Counted from the stretch's first letter, positions 6,694 to 16,933 are shown. The stretch is 64,000 nt of DNA from Candidatus Stercorousia faecigallinarum (GCA_018715325.1 DVLV01000098.1:2189-66188), one strand, 5' to 3'. Notes: generated by a model not told the origin, from the letters alone. A program made the numbers and translations.

Positions 6694-8853
6694 TTAGTGG
6701 CAGCAAGAGCATTCAGAACAAGTACATCCCAAAGCTTCTTTTGCTTCTTCCAATCTTACTTTGATGCGACCGTCTACCGCGATACCTTCACCTGTTGCTT
6801 CGGAAATTAACAACGGGTTAATATCTAATTCGTCGATAAATTTGAAGTCACTTACCAGTTGAGATAATCTCAATAATGTTTCCTGTATCTGGTCGATTTG
6901 TGCAGGTTTTGTTCCTCTTGCGCCTTCTAACAGCTTGTATGCTTTTACGGATTTAATCATATCCATAGCATCAACATCTGTTAATGGAGCAATTCTGAAT
7001 GTTACGTCTTTCATAACTTCTACAAATACGCCGCCTAAACCGAACATCATCATTGGACCGTATTGAGGATCTGTCGCAATACCGCAAACCATTTCACGGC
7101 TGCCTTTTACCATTTCCTGAATGATTACGCCTTCAAGACCGTCTAACAAGCCTTTTGCTTCAAGTCTTTCAAGTAATCCTTTGTATTCTTTTCTCAATTG
7201 TTCTTCTGATTTAATGTTAACAACAACACCGCCTACATCTGTTTTGTGAGATGTTGTTTTTGAAGTCATTTTCATTACAACAGGGTAACCGATTGAGTTT
7301 CCGAGTTCAACAACTTCTTCTTCGTTTGTTGCTAAACCGTATTTGCAAGCTCTGATACCGTATGCCTGAAGTACATCGATAGATTCAAGAGTCGTAAGCT
7401 GTGCTCTGCCTTCTGCAAGAGAGTTTTTAATAATTTTTTCAACTTTAGCTCTGTCAACATCGTAGCAAGGAATTTTCCCTTCCGGTCTTTCCATCCACAA
7501 TCTCTGTTGATTTAACCTGTTCAAACCGTCTGCAGCTTCTTCTGCGTACATAAAGAACGGCATATTAACATTCATGTCTGAAAGTTTTGAGAAGAATTCA
7601 TTTTTAGTCATGAATACACCGATTACAGGTTTTTCCGGATGTTGAGCTTTAATTTCCATTAATGCCTGAGCAACGTCAATATCTTTTAAGCCTAAGAACG
7701 GTAGATAGATTGTAATAATCATATCAACATTTTCATCTGCAATAACAGTTTCAAGTGTTTGTTTATAGTGTTCGATAGGTGCTGATGCAATCATATCTAT
7801 CGGGTTTTTAACTGATGCTGCTGCTGGTAAGAAGCTTCTTAATTTTTCTTTTGTTGCATCAGAAATTTTAGCCATTTGCATACCGTATTCGCATACAGCG
7901 TCTGTAGCCATAATTCCGGGACCGCCTGAGTTTGTGATAATTGCTACTCTGTCGCCTTTTGGAATAGGGCAGTTTGCAAATACCTTTGCTGTTGCAAATA
8001 GGTTTTTCAAAGAGAATTCTCTGATAACGCCTGACTGGTGTAATAATGCTGCAGCGGCTTTATCTGCACCGGCTAATGAACCTGTGTGAGAAGAAGCTGC
8101 AGAAGCACCTGCTGCTGAACGACCTGATTTTAAAGCTAAAATAGGTTTCTTTTTGGTAATTCTTGATGCTAATTTTCTAAAGTTAGCAGGATTTTGAATT
8201 GATTCCATATAAAGAAGAATTTGTTCAACGTCTTCATCATTTTCCCAGTATTCAATAGCAGTTTCTGCGTTAACATCAGCCTGGTTACCGATTGAAATGA
8301 ATTGAGCAAAACCTAAGTTAAGGTCTTTCAAAATATTCAAAATACCGCCGCCTAAAGCTCCTGATTGAGAAACAAAACCGATGTTTCCGCGTTCAGGTAA
8401 AGATTCTGCAAAGCATCCGTCCATGCGGATATCATGGTGAGTGTTTACAACGCCTAAGCAGTTAGGACCTACACATCTCATACCGTATTCGTGAATTTTT
8501 TCAACTAATTGTTTTTCAAGTTCAGCACCTTCAGCGCCTGTTTCTTTAAAACCTGCAGTAATTATACAGATACCTTTAATACCTTTTTCGTGGCACTGGT
8601 CAATTGTTGATAATACAAATTTAGCGTTTACAACGATAATTGCAAGGTCAACTTCTCCGGGAACTTCAGTAATTGAAGTGTATGCCTGCAGACCTTCGAT
8701 AATTCCGCCTTTTGGGTTTACAGGATAAATTTTACCGTTAAATTTGTATTCCTGTAATCTTTTCATAATATCTGAACCAATGGTGTGTTCTTTTGTTGAC
8801 GCACCGATAACCGCAATTGATTTCGGTTTCATAATTTTGTCTAAAAGATTCAT
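6694..8853 (-). CDS. acetyl-CoA synthetase (ADP-forming) / NDP-forming acyl-CoA synthetase, fused alpha-beta
   Basis: N-terminal CoA-binding domain (KSIAVIGAS). Phosphohistidine loop SSHTGSLAG. C-terminal ATP-grasp domain. Unusual Cys-rich tail GCTCSECSCCH. Confidence 0.85.
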   Translation of the reverse strand: MNLLDKIMKPKSIAVIGASTKEHTIGSDIMKRLQEYKFNGKIYPVNPKGGIIEGLQAYTSITEVPGEVDLAIIVVNAKFVLSTIDQCHEKGIKGICIITAGFKETGAEGAELEKQLVEKIHEYGMRCVGPNCLGVVNTHHDIRMDGCFAESLPERGNIGFVSQSGALGGGILNILKDLNLGFAQFISIGNQADVNAETAIEYWENDEDVEQILLYMESIQNPANFRKLASRITKKKPILALKSGRSAAGASAASSHTGSLAGADKAAAALLHQSGVIREFSLKNLFATAKVFANCPIPKGDRVAIITNSGGPGIMATDAVCEYGMQMAKISDATKEKLRSFLPAAASVKNPIDMIASAPIEHYKQTLETVIADENVDMIITIYLPFLGLKDIDVAQALMEIKAQHPEKPVIGVFMTKNEFFSKLSDMNVNMPFFMYAEEAADGLNRLNQQRLWMERPEGKIPCYDVDRAKVEKIIKNSLAEGRAQLTTLESIDVLQAYGIRACKYGLATNEEEVVELGNSIGYPVVMKMTSKTTSHKTDVGGVVVNIKSEEQLRKEYKGLLERLEAKGLLDGLEGVIIQEMVKGSREMVCGIATDPQYGPMMMFGLGGVFVEVMKDVTFRIAPLTDVDAMDMIKSVKAYKLLEGARGTKPAQIDQIQETLLRLSQLVSDFKFIDELDINPLLISEATGEGIAVDGRIKVRLEEAKEALGCTCSECSCCH

Positions 8854-8884
8854 TTTTTGTCCTTTCTTTTCTTCTTATTTTAAT

Positions 8885-9298
8885 TTATTCGTCTTGCATT
8901 ATTTCCAAAAATTTTTTTCCGAGTTTATTAAAGAACTTTTTGGATTTTTCTTTAAATGTAGGGGGTAAACTTGCTAATTTTTTATCAAATTCTTCTATGG
9001 CATAATTGGCTGCGATATCATAAAACTCAAGGTTTTTATCCATAATAACGGCATGTCTTGCAGCTTTACGCCTGCCTAAATCTTTTTCTTTTTGAGCTAT
9101 TATACTTACTGTATTTTCTGCATGATTTTGTTTAATAAACAAATCATAAGGCTTTTTAGCTATCATTTCCTGCATTGTTGTCAGGTGTTTTCTTACAAAT
9201 CGGCAGGGATAATAGCTTAAATCAGGATCAACAAAAACTTTACCCTGAAAACTTTTATTATTTTGAGCATTATTATTTGGTATTTTTTGTACCTGCAT
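8885..9298 (-). CDS. hypothetical protein carrying the recurrent N-terminal motif
   Basis: The start preferred here is the internal ATG at 9298 (MQVQKIPNNNAQNNKSFQGK), which has SD GAGGA upstream. The longer track ORF would overlap the upstream radical SAM gene. Confidence 0.5.
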   Translation of the reverse strand: MQVQKIPNNNAQNNKSFQGKVFVDPDLSYYPCRFVRKHLTTMQEMIAKKPYDLFIKQNHAENTVSIIAQKEKDLGRRKAARHAVIMDKNLEFYDIAANYAIEEFDKKLASLPPTFKEKSKKFFNKLGKKFLEIMQDE

Positions 9299-9314
9299 TA
9301 CTTTATCCTCGTTT

Positions 9315-9929
9315 TTAATATCCGTTCGGAATCCATTCTCTGACACGGAATTTAGCACCTAAATCCTTGGCGATGTTTTCGCATATTGTAAGATCAAGGT
9401 GTCTGCCTTTATAACCTTCGACAACACTTGCAACAACAGAAATTTTTTCATCTGCACAAGCTTTTATAAATTTTTTCACTTCTTCATAGGCTTCATCAAA
9501 TTTCGGCTGTGAAAGTTCATTATATTCTTTTTTTGTTGGGGCATTTAAGCTTACCGAAAACTCGTCAATCAAACCTTTTAATTCGGGTACAATATTTTTT
9601 TGATATACAAAATTTGCATGTCCGTTTGTGTTAACCCGAATTTTTGTATCAGGGTAATTCGTTTTAATATATTGAGAGACTTGTTTTAGTTCTTCAAATT
9701 TAAGTAAAGGCTCTCCGTAACCGCAAAATATAACTTCTTTTGTCGGTTCAAAAGAAGAGAGCTGTTTAATTACATCTTCTGCGGTTGAATTTTCGTCATC
9801 AAGCCACAGTTCTTGTCCCTTAACATCATCTTTGTCTTTTCTTAGGCAAAAGATACAGTCATTTGTACATCTGTTAGTAAGATTAATATAAATTTTTCCG
9901 TCAAGTAAATATACTAAAGTGTTCGCCAT
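9315..9929 (-). CDS. radical SAM protein (small, TatD-associated-like type)
   Basis: CTNDCIFC is a CxxxCxxC cluster motif near the N-terminus. The protein is about 200 aa. The ATG at 9929 (MANTLVY) has GAAAGG upstream. Confidence 0.75.
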   Translation of the reverse strand: MANTLVYLLDGKIYINLTNRCTNDCIFCLRKDKDDVKGQELWLDDENSTAEDVIKQLSSFEPTKEVIFCGYGEPLLKFEELKQVSQYIKTNYPDTKIRVNTNGHANFVYQKNIVPELKGLIDEFSVSLNAPTKKEYNELSQPKFDEAYEEVKKFIKACADEKISVVASVVEGYKGRHLDLTICENIAKDLGAKFRVREWIPNGY

Positions 9930-9990
9930 GACAAGCCTTTCGATATTAAAATTATCGCATGGGCAAAAATATTTTACAAGCAAATATTAA

Positions 9991-11562
9991 TTACTTTTTA
10001 GCATTTTTTTCTTGAGAATAATCTGCTGTTCCTGGGAATTTATCCTGACCTGTAGTCATTTTTGTTATCCAGTATTGCATTTTCGGAATAAGAGTAGACA
10101 GGAACAGGGCTGAAATTGCAAAACCGACACCCCAGTTAAATGTATTTTTAATGAAGTTTTCACGGCAGAAGTTTTTCAATGTGTCTGACGTTATATCTTT
10201 ACCGTGTTTTTCTGCCTTTTCAACAAGTTTTGTTACGTAATGGATTATATCTTCTTTTAACTCTTTCAGTTCTTCATAATTTACATATTTATATTTATTT
10301 GTAGAGGCATTACTTGTCGCAACGCTGAAAACATTTTGCAAGAATTCAGGCATGTTAATTGCGCCTTCTCTAAATACATCTTTAATCTGGTTTTTAGTAA
10401 GAACGGCAACCCCTTCAACTTCCGGCTGAAGTTTTGACATACGTTCTGCAAGATTTGAATATCTCGTAATATCTTTGTTTGAGAATGTCTTATGGTTTTT
10501 CAGATAATCCTTAAATGTATCAAGAGTTACGACTTTATGTTCATTGAATTTTTGAAGCAGAGTTTTATCAATATAGCCCACATTTGCATTGTCGCCGAAT
10601 ACCTGCTTCGAGAATTCTTCTATACTCATTTTACCGTTATTTTTATCTAAAACAGCTTGTAAATGGTCTGTAACTTGTTTTGCCGCAACGGGATCAAGTC
10701 TTGTTTTTCTTCCGTCCTCAAGCTGGTTAAGCCATCTGTTAATGTTCGGCATACTAAACATATAGAAATATATTGAACTTAAATCTCTAAATAATACTTC
10801 TGTTCTTTCATGATTATTTCTGGAGCTTATCGCACGTCCGCCGGCAATTCCGGCATCTGTTGAAAGCAGCTGATATGTCGGGTCGTTTTCAAATTTATTT
10901 GCAACAGATAAAAGCATATTATAATTCATACCGAAAGAAACTTTTTTATTATCTTCTGACTTAATGAATTTATCCATTGACAGTTTTTGTTCAGATGTAT
11001 TAATTGTGGATTTCGCAGGGGGTTCATCAGGGCTGCCGAAATGTTTACTGTGATAAACAGCTGTAATGTGCTGGTTAATTTTAGGAACAACAAAACCTAC
11101 AAGAACATTCGCAAGCAAAATACTTGATGCAATTTTTAAGAATTTGAATTTTGCGATTTGTTCTTTTGTTAACTCCTTGATAAACTTGCCTGTTTTCCCC
11201 TCAAGCTTAGCTTTAGCCTTAATGGCTTTGTCATCATGCAGATAGTTTTGAAGCGGTTTTCGTATACCGTCTTCCTGTGCATCAAAATCGCTTGTATGAA
11301 GATTTAAAACTTTTTTGCCTATATGGTCGTTCATTTTATTGAACATTTTCACACCGGCAAACCAAAATGCTGCTCCTACGCTTTCTTCCGTAAATCTTTC
11401 ACGTGCTTCTTCAAAGCCGCCTCTTTTATAAGCTTGTAATGTTCTTCCGCCGGTTACAAAGCATTCAAGCATAATAAGAGGTGCAAGACTTCTGCTTGCA
11501 ATGCCGCGTACAAAACGTCTCGGATAACTGAAATTTGAAATTGTCTGAGGGGTTACATTCAT
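9991..11562 (-). CDS. hypothetical membrane protein carrying the recurrent N-terminal motif
   Basis: 523-aa ORF. N-terminus is MNVTPQTISNFSYPRRFVRG. Hydrophobic segments include FLKIASSILLANVLVGFVV and GVGFAISALFLSTLI. Confidence 0.6.
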   Translation of the reverse strand: MNVTPQTISNFSYPRRFVRGIASRSLAPLIMLECFVTGGRTLQAYKRGGFEEARERFTEESVGAAFWFAGVKMFNKMNDHIGKKVLNLHTSDFDAQEDGIRKPLQNYLHDDKAIKAKAKLEGKTGKFIKELTKEQIAKFKFLKIASSILLANVLVGFVVPKINQHITAVYHSKHFGSPDEPPAKSTINTSEQKLSMDKFIKSEDNKKVSFGMNYNMLLSVANKFENDPTYQLLSTDAGIAGGRAISSRNNHERTEVLFRDLSSIYFYMFSMPNINRWLNQLEDGRKTRLDPVAAKQVTDHLQAVLDKNNGKMSIEEFSKQVFGDNANVGYIDKTLLQKFNEHKVVTLDTFKDYLKNHKTFSNKDITRYSNLAERMSKLQPEVEGVAVLTKNQIKDVFREGAINMPEFLQNVFSVATSNASTNKYKYVNYEELKELKEDIIHYVTKLVEKAEKHGKDITSDTLKNFCRENFIKNTFNWGVGFAISALFLSTLIPKMQYWITKMTTGQDKFPGTADYSQEKNAKK

Positions 11563-11758
11563 AATCTTTACCGTTCGAACAGTTTATTTAATATTCCTGA
11601 ATATTATTTTTTGCTTTATGAAATAATATTTTTAATATTTTGTTACACGACAAATGTAGCATGAACACTAATTAAGTTTTGTTAAACTTAAAAGATATTT
11701 TAGCAATGTTTTTTCTTTATTGTTTTTGTTACAATGGAAACAGAAGGTGTGTGTATAA

Positions 11759-12538
11759 ATGCAAGTAACTCCAATTAATAATAATGTAAACCATCAAGGG
11801 ATAAATAATAAGAAAAAAGATAAAAAGATAAAAGCAGGTGTTATTGCTGCTTCTGCTTTCGGTGTGGGTGCTGCGTTGGCACATGTTGCCAAAAGGCAGG
11901 GATTTTCATTATCTCCATCGGCAATTAAAAAAACTCCTGTTAAAGATTGGGCAATTTTTGGTTTGTATAATAAAAATCAACCAGGTAAAAAAGTTTTGGA
12001 ACTTGATGATCCTCTTGACATTATTGAATTGGCTTCAGCTTCTGTTATAGGCGGTGTTGCGGGCGGAGCTGTTTTAGATGATAAAAAACATTTAAAAGCT
12101 AAATTTAAAGAAGCGGTTAATCAGCTTTTAGGTAATGTTTTAGTTCCGATTGCTTGTGTTGGGGCAGCATCAAAGTTATACGGCAAACATAAAGAGAAAA
12201 TTTTAAATTTTGTTCCGCAAATTGCCCAAAAAGGCAAAGCATCTGTTGTGTTTAATAAAGCATTAAAAGCCCTTCCTGCCTCAATCGCGACAGTGGCATC
12301 ATTAGGAATAGGAATATTTGCAGGCAACAGAGTTTCAAATATTTTAAACGAAAAAATATTCCACAAAAAAGTTAAAAGAGAAATTAAAGGCTCTGATTTT
12401 GCTCCGCACGTTGATGATTTAGGAATGGCAATATCTTTAATGTCCGAACAATCTAAATTTTCTTCATTTGTACAAAGAATAGTACCGCTGTTCTTATGTG
12501 TGCCGGGAATTGAAGCAGGAACACACAGAGAAGAATAA
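11759..12538 (+). CDS. hypothetical membrane protein carrying the recurrent N-terminal motif
   Basis: 259-aa ORF starting MQVTPINNNVNHQG, followed by a basic stretch and then TM-like AGVIAASAFGVGAALAHV. SD GAAGG upstream, and an upstream TGTTACAAT extended -10. Confidence 0.6.
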   Translation: MQVTPINNNVNHQGINNKKKDKKIKAGVIAASAFGVGAALAHVAKRQGFSLSPSAIKKTPVKDWAIFGLYNKNQPGKKVLELDDPLDIIELASASVIGGVAGGAVLDDKKHLKAKFKEAVNQLLGNVLVPIACVGAASKLYGKHKEKILNFVPQIAQKGKASVVFNKALKALPASIATVASLGIGIFAGNRVSNILNEKIFHKKVKREIKGSDFAPHVDDLGMAISLMSEQSKFSSFVQRIVPLFLCVPGIEAGTHREE

Positions 12539-12551
12539 TAAAAAAAATCTT

Positions 12552-14558
12552 TTATTCTTCAGGTTCTTTCAATATATCAGCGTATTTTTGCAGGTCGTCA
12601 AGAAGCGGCTTATATTTTTCATTAAGTTCTGCACGAGTTTTATCTCTATCTTTACTTTCCATAACCTGCATATCAATTTTTGCCTGAAGTGCTTTCTTTA
12701 ACAATTCTGGAATGTTCAAGGCTGTTGGATTTTCGCTTGAAAGATTTTTATAATATTTATCCAAATAATCTGCACTTATACGTTCTTTCCAGTTTTCTTC
12801 CCTTTTTGAACCGCCGATATTATAAGTAACGTCAGTAATGCCTAAAAGATCTGCAAATGATATTTGGAACTTAGGAGTTGTCATAAGTTCGGCAAATTTT
12901 GCACGAATACGCTCTCTGTCATTTGTTTTATAAAGTTCTTTAAGTTCGTTTCTTATTTGTCCTATATTTTCCCTGCCGTCATCCATGTTAAGGTACCCTG
13001 CAAGATAATCGAGATTCCAGGCATCATGTTCTCTTGTGTATTCTCCTTTTGATCCGTCTTTCATGTCTCCGATACGCTGCATATATGTCATTGCAGGCAT
13101 GTTGTCATGAGAACCCATTAAATACCAATCGTCTTTTCTGCCATCTCTGTTTAATTTATCCTGTACTCTGCCCCAGTCAATATTTTGTATTTTAGGCAAG
13201 TTGAGTTCTCTTTCATAAATTTGTACAAATCTGTCAGGATAACTGCAAATATCTTCCCATACTGCCTTGTCCGGAGTTATTCCCTTTCTCCGCAATGCCG
13301 GAAGTACTAGTCTTGTAAGCAGTTTCGGATAAGCTTTGTCATATTCGTTACCGTCAGCATCTTTAAGTTCTGAAATATATTTTTCAACATCATGATTTTT
13401 ATCATTCCCGTTTACGAATTCATCTTCAGATGCAGACGTAGAAAGCAGATAGGGTTCAATAAGACCCATTACGTGGTCAATTCTGATATTTTCACAAAAT
13501 TCTAGTGCGAAATCAAGTTTTTCTCTTAAGAATTCACCGCCGATATCTAATTGGTAACTGTTCTTTTTAAATATTTTTTTAGGATCTACTACAGGAATAA
13601 ACCATCTTTGAGATTTGCCGCCGCTTTCTTTTGCTCCCATTTCCCAATCTTTTAAGAATGCATCCTGATAACGCCATTTATCCATTTTTGAACATCCGAC
13701 AAGCAGATCATTTATATATTTAAAGCCTTGTTTATCACGCCAGTCTTTGTTCTCTTTAATTTGTTTGGTTGCAATAAATTGTTCAAATTTATATTGATTA
13801 ATTTCATTTTCATTGGCATCAACCATATCATAATATTTTTCTATAGCGTCCATATCTCCGTTATGGACACCGGCAATAAAAGTTTTGTTTTCTTCGTCCG
13901 GCCATTCCTCAAATCTGTCTGTACCGTATTTCTTTGATAAGACATGAAATAATCCCTCTTCGGTCAGTCTGTCATCATGTTTATCAAGAAATTTTTCAAA
14001 TTCTTTATTTAGTGTTAAGGCTTCGGGTTGTCCTTTTGCAACTTTTGCTTTGAAATTATTATAGCTTTCTTTTAATGCGGTATTATATGTTTTGAATGCT
14101 TCGTTAAAGTCTGTCATGTCATAATTTTTATCATCTGCTTCGGGAAGTTTAGTGACATTATTAAAAGTTTCTTGGGAAAGAATTTTGCCGTATTTATCTT
14201 TTGTTAATTCTTCCAAATCAATAAACAATTTATTTTTAGCAAAAGCTGAAGAATTATATGGTGAAGGTTGTATTTCGCCTTTTATAATTTCAAGTTCTCC
14301 GCCGGGTCCTAGCTGGTTTCCGTTGAAACCGTAGAGCATAAGAAATTTAGTATATTCTTTTGCCGCACTGCCGTAAGGAGATCCTATATAAGAACTTCTG
14401 CCAAGAGCCGGAAAACACGATCCATGTGTTATTACAACACGTTCTTTTGTTCCCAATGCTTCATAAGTTTTGTTAATAGTTTCCTTTAAACCCGGTTCTT
14501 CTTCCTTTGTCGGTCGTCTTCTAAATGTTATTTGATTATTTATCCCTAATACACGCAT
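12552..14558 (-). CDS. malQ: 4-alpha-glucanotransferase (amylomaltase, GH77)
   Basis: GH77-type segments: SPYGSAAKEY...GNQLGPGGE...SPYNSSAFAKN and IRIDHVMGL. Carries an N-terminal extension MRVLGINNQITFRRR. Confidence 0.8.
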   Translation of the reverse strand: MRVLGINNQITFRRRPTKEEEPGLKETINKTYEALGTKERVVITHGSCFPALGRSSYIGSPYGSAAKEYTKFLMLYGFNGNQLGPGGELEIIKGEIQPSPYNSSAFAKNKLFIDLEELTKDKYGKILSQETFNNVTKLPEADDKNYDMTDFNEAFKTYNTALKESYNNFKAKVAKGQPEALTLNKEFEKFLDKHDDRLTEEGLFHVLSKKYGTDRFEEWPDEENKTFIAGVHNGDMDAIEKYYDMVDANENEINQYKFEQFIATKQIKENKDWRDKQGFKYINDLLVGCSKMDKWRYQDAFLKDWEMGAKESGGKSQRWFIPVVDPKKIFKKNSYQLDIGGEFLREKLDFALEFCENIRIDHVMGLIEPYLLSTSASEDEFVNGNDKNHDVEKYISELKDADGNEYDKAYPKLLTRLVLPALRRKGITPDKAVWEDICSYPDRFVQIYERELNLPKIQNIDWGRVQDKLNRDGRKDDWYLMGSHDNMPAMTYMQRIGDMKDGSKGEYTREHDAWNLDYLAGYLNMDDGRENIGQIRNELKELYKTNDRERIRAKFAELMTTPKFQISFADLLGITDVTYNIGGSKREENWKERISADYLDKYYKNLSSENPTALNIPELLKKALQAKIDMQVMESKDRDKTRAELNEKYKPLLDDLQKYADILKEPEE

Positions 14559-14608
14559 ATTTTTTCAAAACCCCAATAAAAAATTTTTTGCTGATTTGTA
14601 ACGCAATA

Positions 14609-16087
14609 TTAAATTTCTGATATAATATCAATTTGTGCGTTACATCCGATTTCTTCTCTTGAAAGTACGGTTATATTATTCATATAACTGCTTAAAAGAG
14701 TAAATATTAAATGTCTGAATTCCAGAGGAACAATCAATTTCGGGCATTCAATATTAAGCTGTGCCGTTTTTTTTGAAATTTTTTCGGCTAATTTTTCTGC
14801 AAAACCCGCATCTATTCGTATTATTGCATCATCGCTTTCATCAAAATTCGGCATAAATTTATCAAGTGTGTTTTCTGATATTTCAAAAGCACTTATTACT
14901 CCGTCTGAATTTTGATTGCATTTACAGATTTGGCGGGAGAGCGATAATCTGATTTTCTTGATTAAATCTGATTTTGTGCTTTCCTGAGCAAAATCATTTA
15001 TTTTTTCAAAAATGTTTGTAATATCCTTTATAGAAATTTTTTCTCTGATTAAGCTTGTTAAAATAAATCTTAAATCAGATAAGGATATAAAATCGGGAAT
15101 GATATTTGACACAAGAAAGTCATTAACGTCATTCACAACATCTATATATTTATCTAAATCTTCATAATCCAAAAGGTCATCCACATATTTTACGGCGCAA
15201 AACTCTAATGCTCTGGCAATAAATTCGGAGCCTGATATACCTTTTTGCCAGAAATCTTTTGTTTTATCTTTTTCAAGCCAAATAATTTTACGACCTGTTA
15301 TTTTATCAATATCAGAAATAGAATTTTTAATTTTCTTATCAAGATGTAAATCGTCGTCAAAAAACATTAAAAATTGAGGATATACGCATGCTTTAAAAAC
15401 ATCCAGACCGCGAACTCTTATTGTAAATTCGTAAGGGTTCAGATTTTCGTCATCCTGAAAAACAATTTTCGGTATAACATATCCGAGTTCTTCAGTAAGT
15501 TTTAAACGGGATTTTACTGTTTCCGCAACAAGTTCTTCTTCCTGAATCTCACTGTCAGGATCAATGTAGCCGAGGATTTCTTCGCTTAAATGAATAGAAA
15601 GCTTTTCCTCTTTTAATTTTGCATACATAGTGTCAGGGGAAGTCGCTTTTGCAAGTTTCAGCTTCAATTCATCAAGCTCTTTAAGACCTGCCGAAATTTT
15701 ATCGTTCAGTTTTTTTCTGTTTACTGATGCTGGTGCTTCTCCTTCAAGTTCTGTTTTTATCTTTGCGATTTTTGCTTTTTGTTCTCTTATTTTACTCTGA
15801 ATATCAAGGCAAATTTCATAAGGTGATTGTTCAGGAGAAAGCATTTTTTCCATCTGGCTTTTAAATGTTGAAATATTTATTGTATCTGCATTTATTTCGT
15901 TTCCTGAAGATGCTGCTTCCCGCATAAAAATGCAGTGGCATAAAACTTGCCCGTCGTCATTTTCAACTTCTTGCATGCTGTATAATTCCCAGTCATTCAT
16001 TGACATCTCGTTCAAAAGATTTTGAAGCTCCTGAGTATTTTCACTTGAGCAGGTTTTGATAACATACTGCATCTTTTTGTTGTACAT
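14609..16087 (-). CDS. soluble FlhA/FHIPEP C-terminal-domain protein with DUF4177-like N-terminal domain and coiled coil; no FHIPEP transmembrane domain
   Basis: Collinear blocks match the FlhA cytoplasmic domain: LGYVIPKIVFQDDENLNPYEFTIRVRGLDV, ITGRKIIWLE, IIPDFISLSDLRFILTSLIREKISIKDITNIFEKINDFA, IRLSLSRQICKC and PKLIVPLEFRHLIFTLLSSYMNNITVLSREEI. The N-terminus QYVIKTC...LNEMSMNDWELYSMQ is DUF4177-like. SD AAGGAG upstream. Confidence 0.7.
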   Translation of the reverse strand: MYNKKMQYVIKTCSSENTQELQNLLNEMSMNDWELYSMQEVENDDGQVLCHCIFMREAASSGNEINADTINISTFKSQMEKMLSPEQSPYEICLDIQSKIREQKAKIAKIKTELEGEAPASVNRKKLNDKISAGLKELDELKLKLAKATSPDTMYAKLKEEKLSIHLSEEILGYIDPDSEIQEEELVAETVKSRLKLTEELGYVIPKIVFQDDENLNPYEFTIRVRGLDVFKACVYPQFLMFFDDDLHLDKKIKNSISDIDKITGRKIIWLEKDKTKDFWQKGISGSEFIARALEFCAVKYVDDLLDYEDLDKYIDVVNDVNDFLVSNIIPDFISLSDLRFILTSLIREKISIKDITNIFEKINDFAQESTKSDLIKKIRLSLSRQICKCNQNSDGVISAFEISENTLDKFMPNFDESDDAIIRIDAGFAEKLAEKISKKTAQLNIECPKLIVPLEFRHLIFTLLSSYMNNITVLSREEIGCNAQIDIISEI

Positions 16088-16096
16088 AATTACTCC

Positions 16097-16867
16097 TTAA
16101 TTTTTGTCATTTGCAATTAACAGTTTCAAAGCTTCTATTGCTGTTTTAATTGCTTTATCCGTGTCATGGACTACGGGATTTTCAAGATTTTGTTTTTCTC
16201 TTTCCTGATTTGCGACTGTTAAAAATACAGACCCTGTTTTTACTCTCAGAAAACTGCCCACAATAAAAAGCGCAGCGGATTCCATTTCTGAAGCAAGACA
16301 GCCCATTTTCTTCCATGCTTCCCATTTATTGAGAAGTTCATAATTCACAGGCATTCTTTCGGGATTGTGCTGTCCGTAGAAAGAGTCTTTACATTGAACA
16401 ACACCTGCATGATATTCATAGCCTAAGTTTTTCGCAGCCTGCACGAGTGAATTTGTTACATCAAGATTTGCAACAGCCGGAAATTCTATAGGTGCGTATT
16501 CTTTTGAGGTTCCTTCCATGCGGATTGCTCCTGTTGCAATTACGATATCCCCGCCCTTTACATTTATATCCATGCCTCCGCATGTTCCTACGCGGATAAA
16601 TGTTTTTGCTCCGATATTAACAAGTTCTTCCAGTGCGATTGAAGCGGATGAGCCGCCTATACCGGTTGATGTTACACTGACTTTTGTGCCGTTTAAATAT
16701 CCGGTATAGGTTGTAAATTCGCGTCTGTCCGCTACAAGTTTTGCATCTTCAAAATATGCCGCTATTTTTTCGCATCTTTTAGGATCGCCGGGTAAAATCA
16801 CATATTCTCCGACATCACCGTGATTAAGACCGATATGGTACTGTTCTCCGTGGTTTGAATATTTCAT
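16097..16867 (-). CDS. udp: uridine phosphorylase (PNP/UDP family)
   Basis: [10 protein letters not shown]...[16 protein letters not shown]...RVGTCGG and the EMES motif are typical of the PNP_UDP_1 family. Confidence 0.8.
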   Translation of the reverse strand: MKYSNHGEQYHIGLNHGDVGEYVILPGDPKRCEKIAAYFEDAKLVADRREFTTYTGYLNGTKVSVTSTGIGGSSASIALEELVNIGAKTFIRVGTCGGMDINVKGGDIVIATGAIRMEGTSKEYAPIEFPAVANLDVTNSLVQAAKNLGYEYHAGVVQCKDSFYGQHNPERMPVNYELLNKWEAWKKMGCLASEMESAALFIVGSFLRVKTGSVFLTVANQEREKQNLENPVVHDTDKAIKTAIEALKLLIANDKN

Positions 16868-16933
16868 GGTTTTCCTTTGAGTATTTGTAATTTTTCACGC
16901 AAAGCCCTATAGGGCGGATGCAGCGGCACGCTG

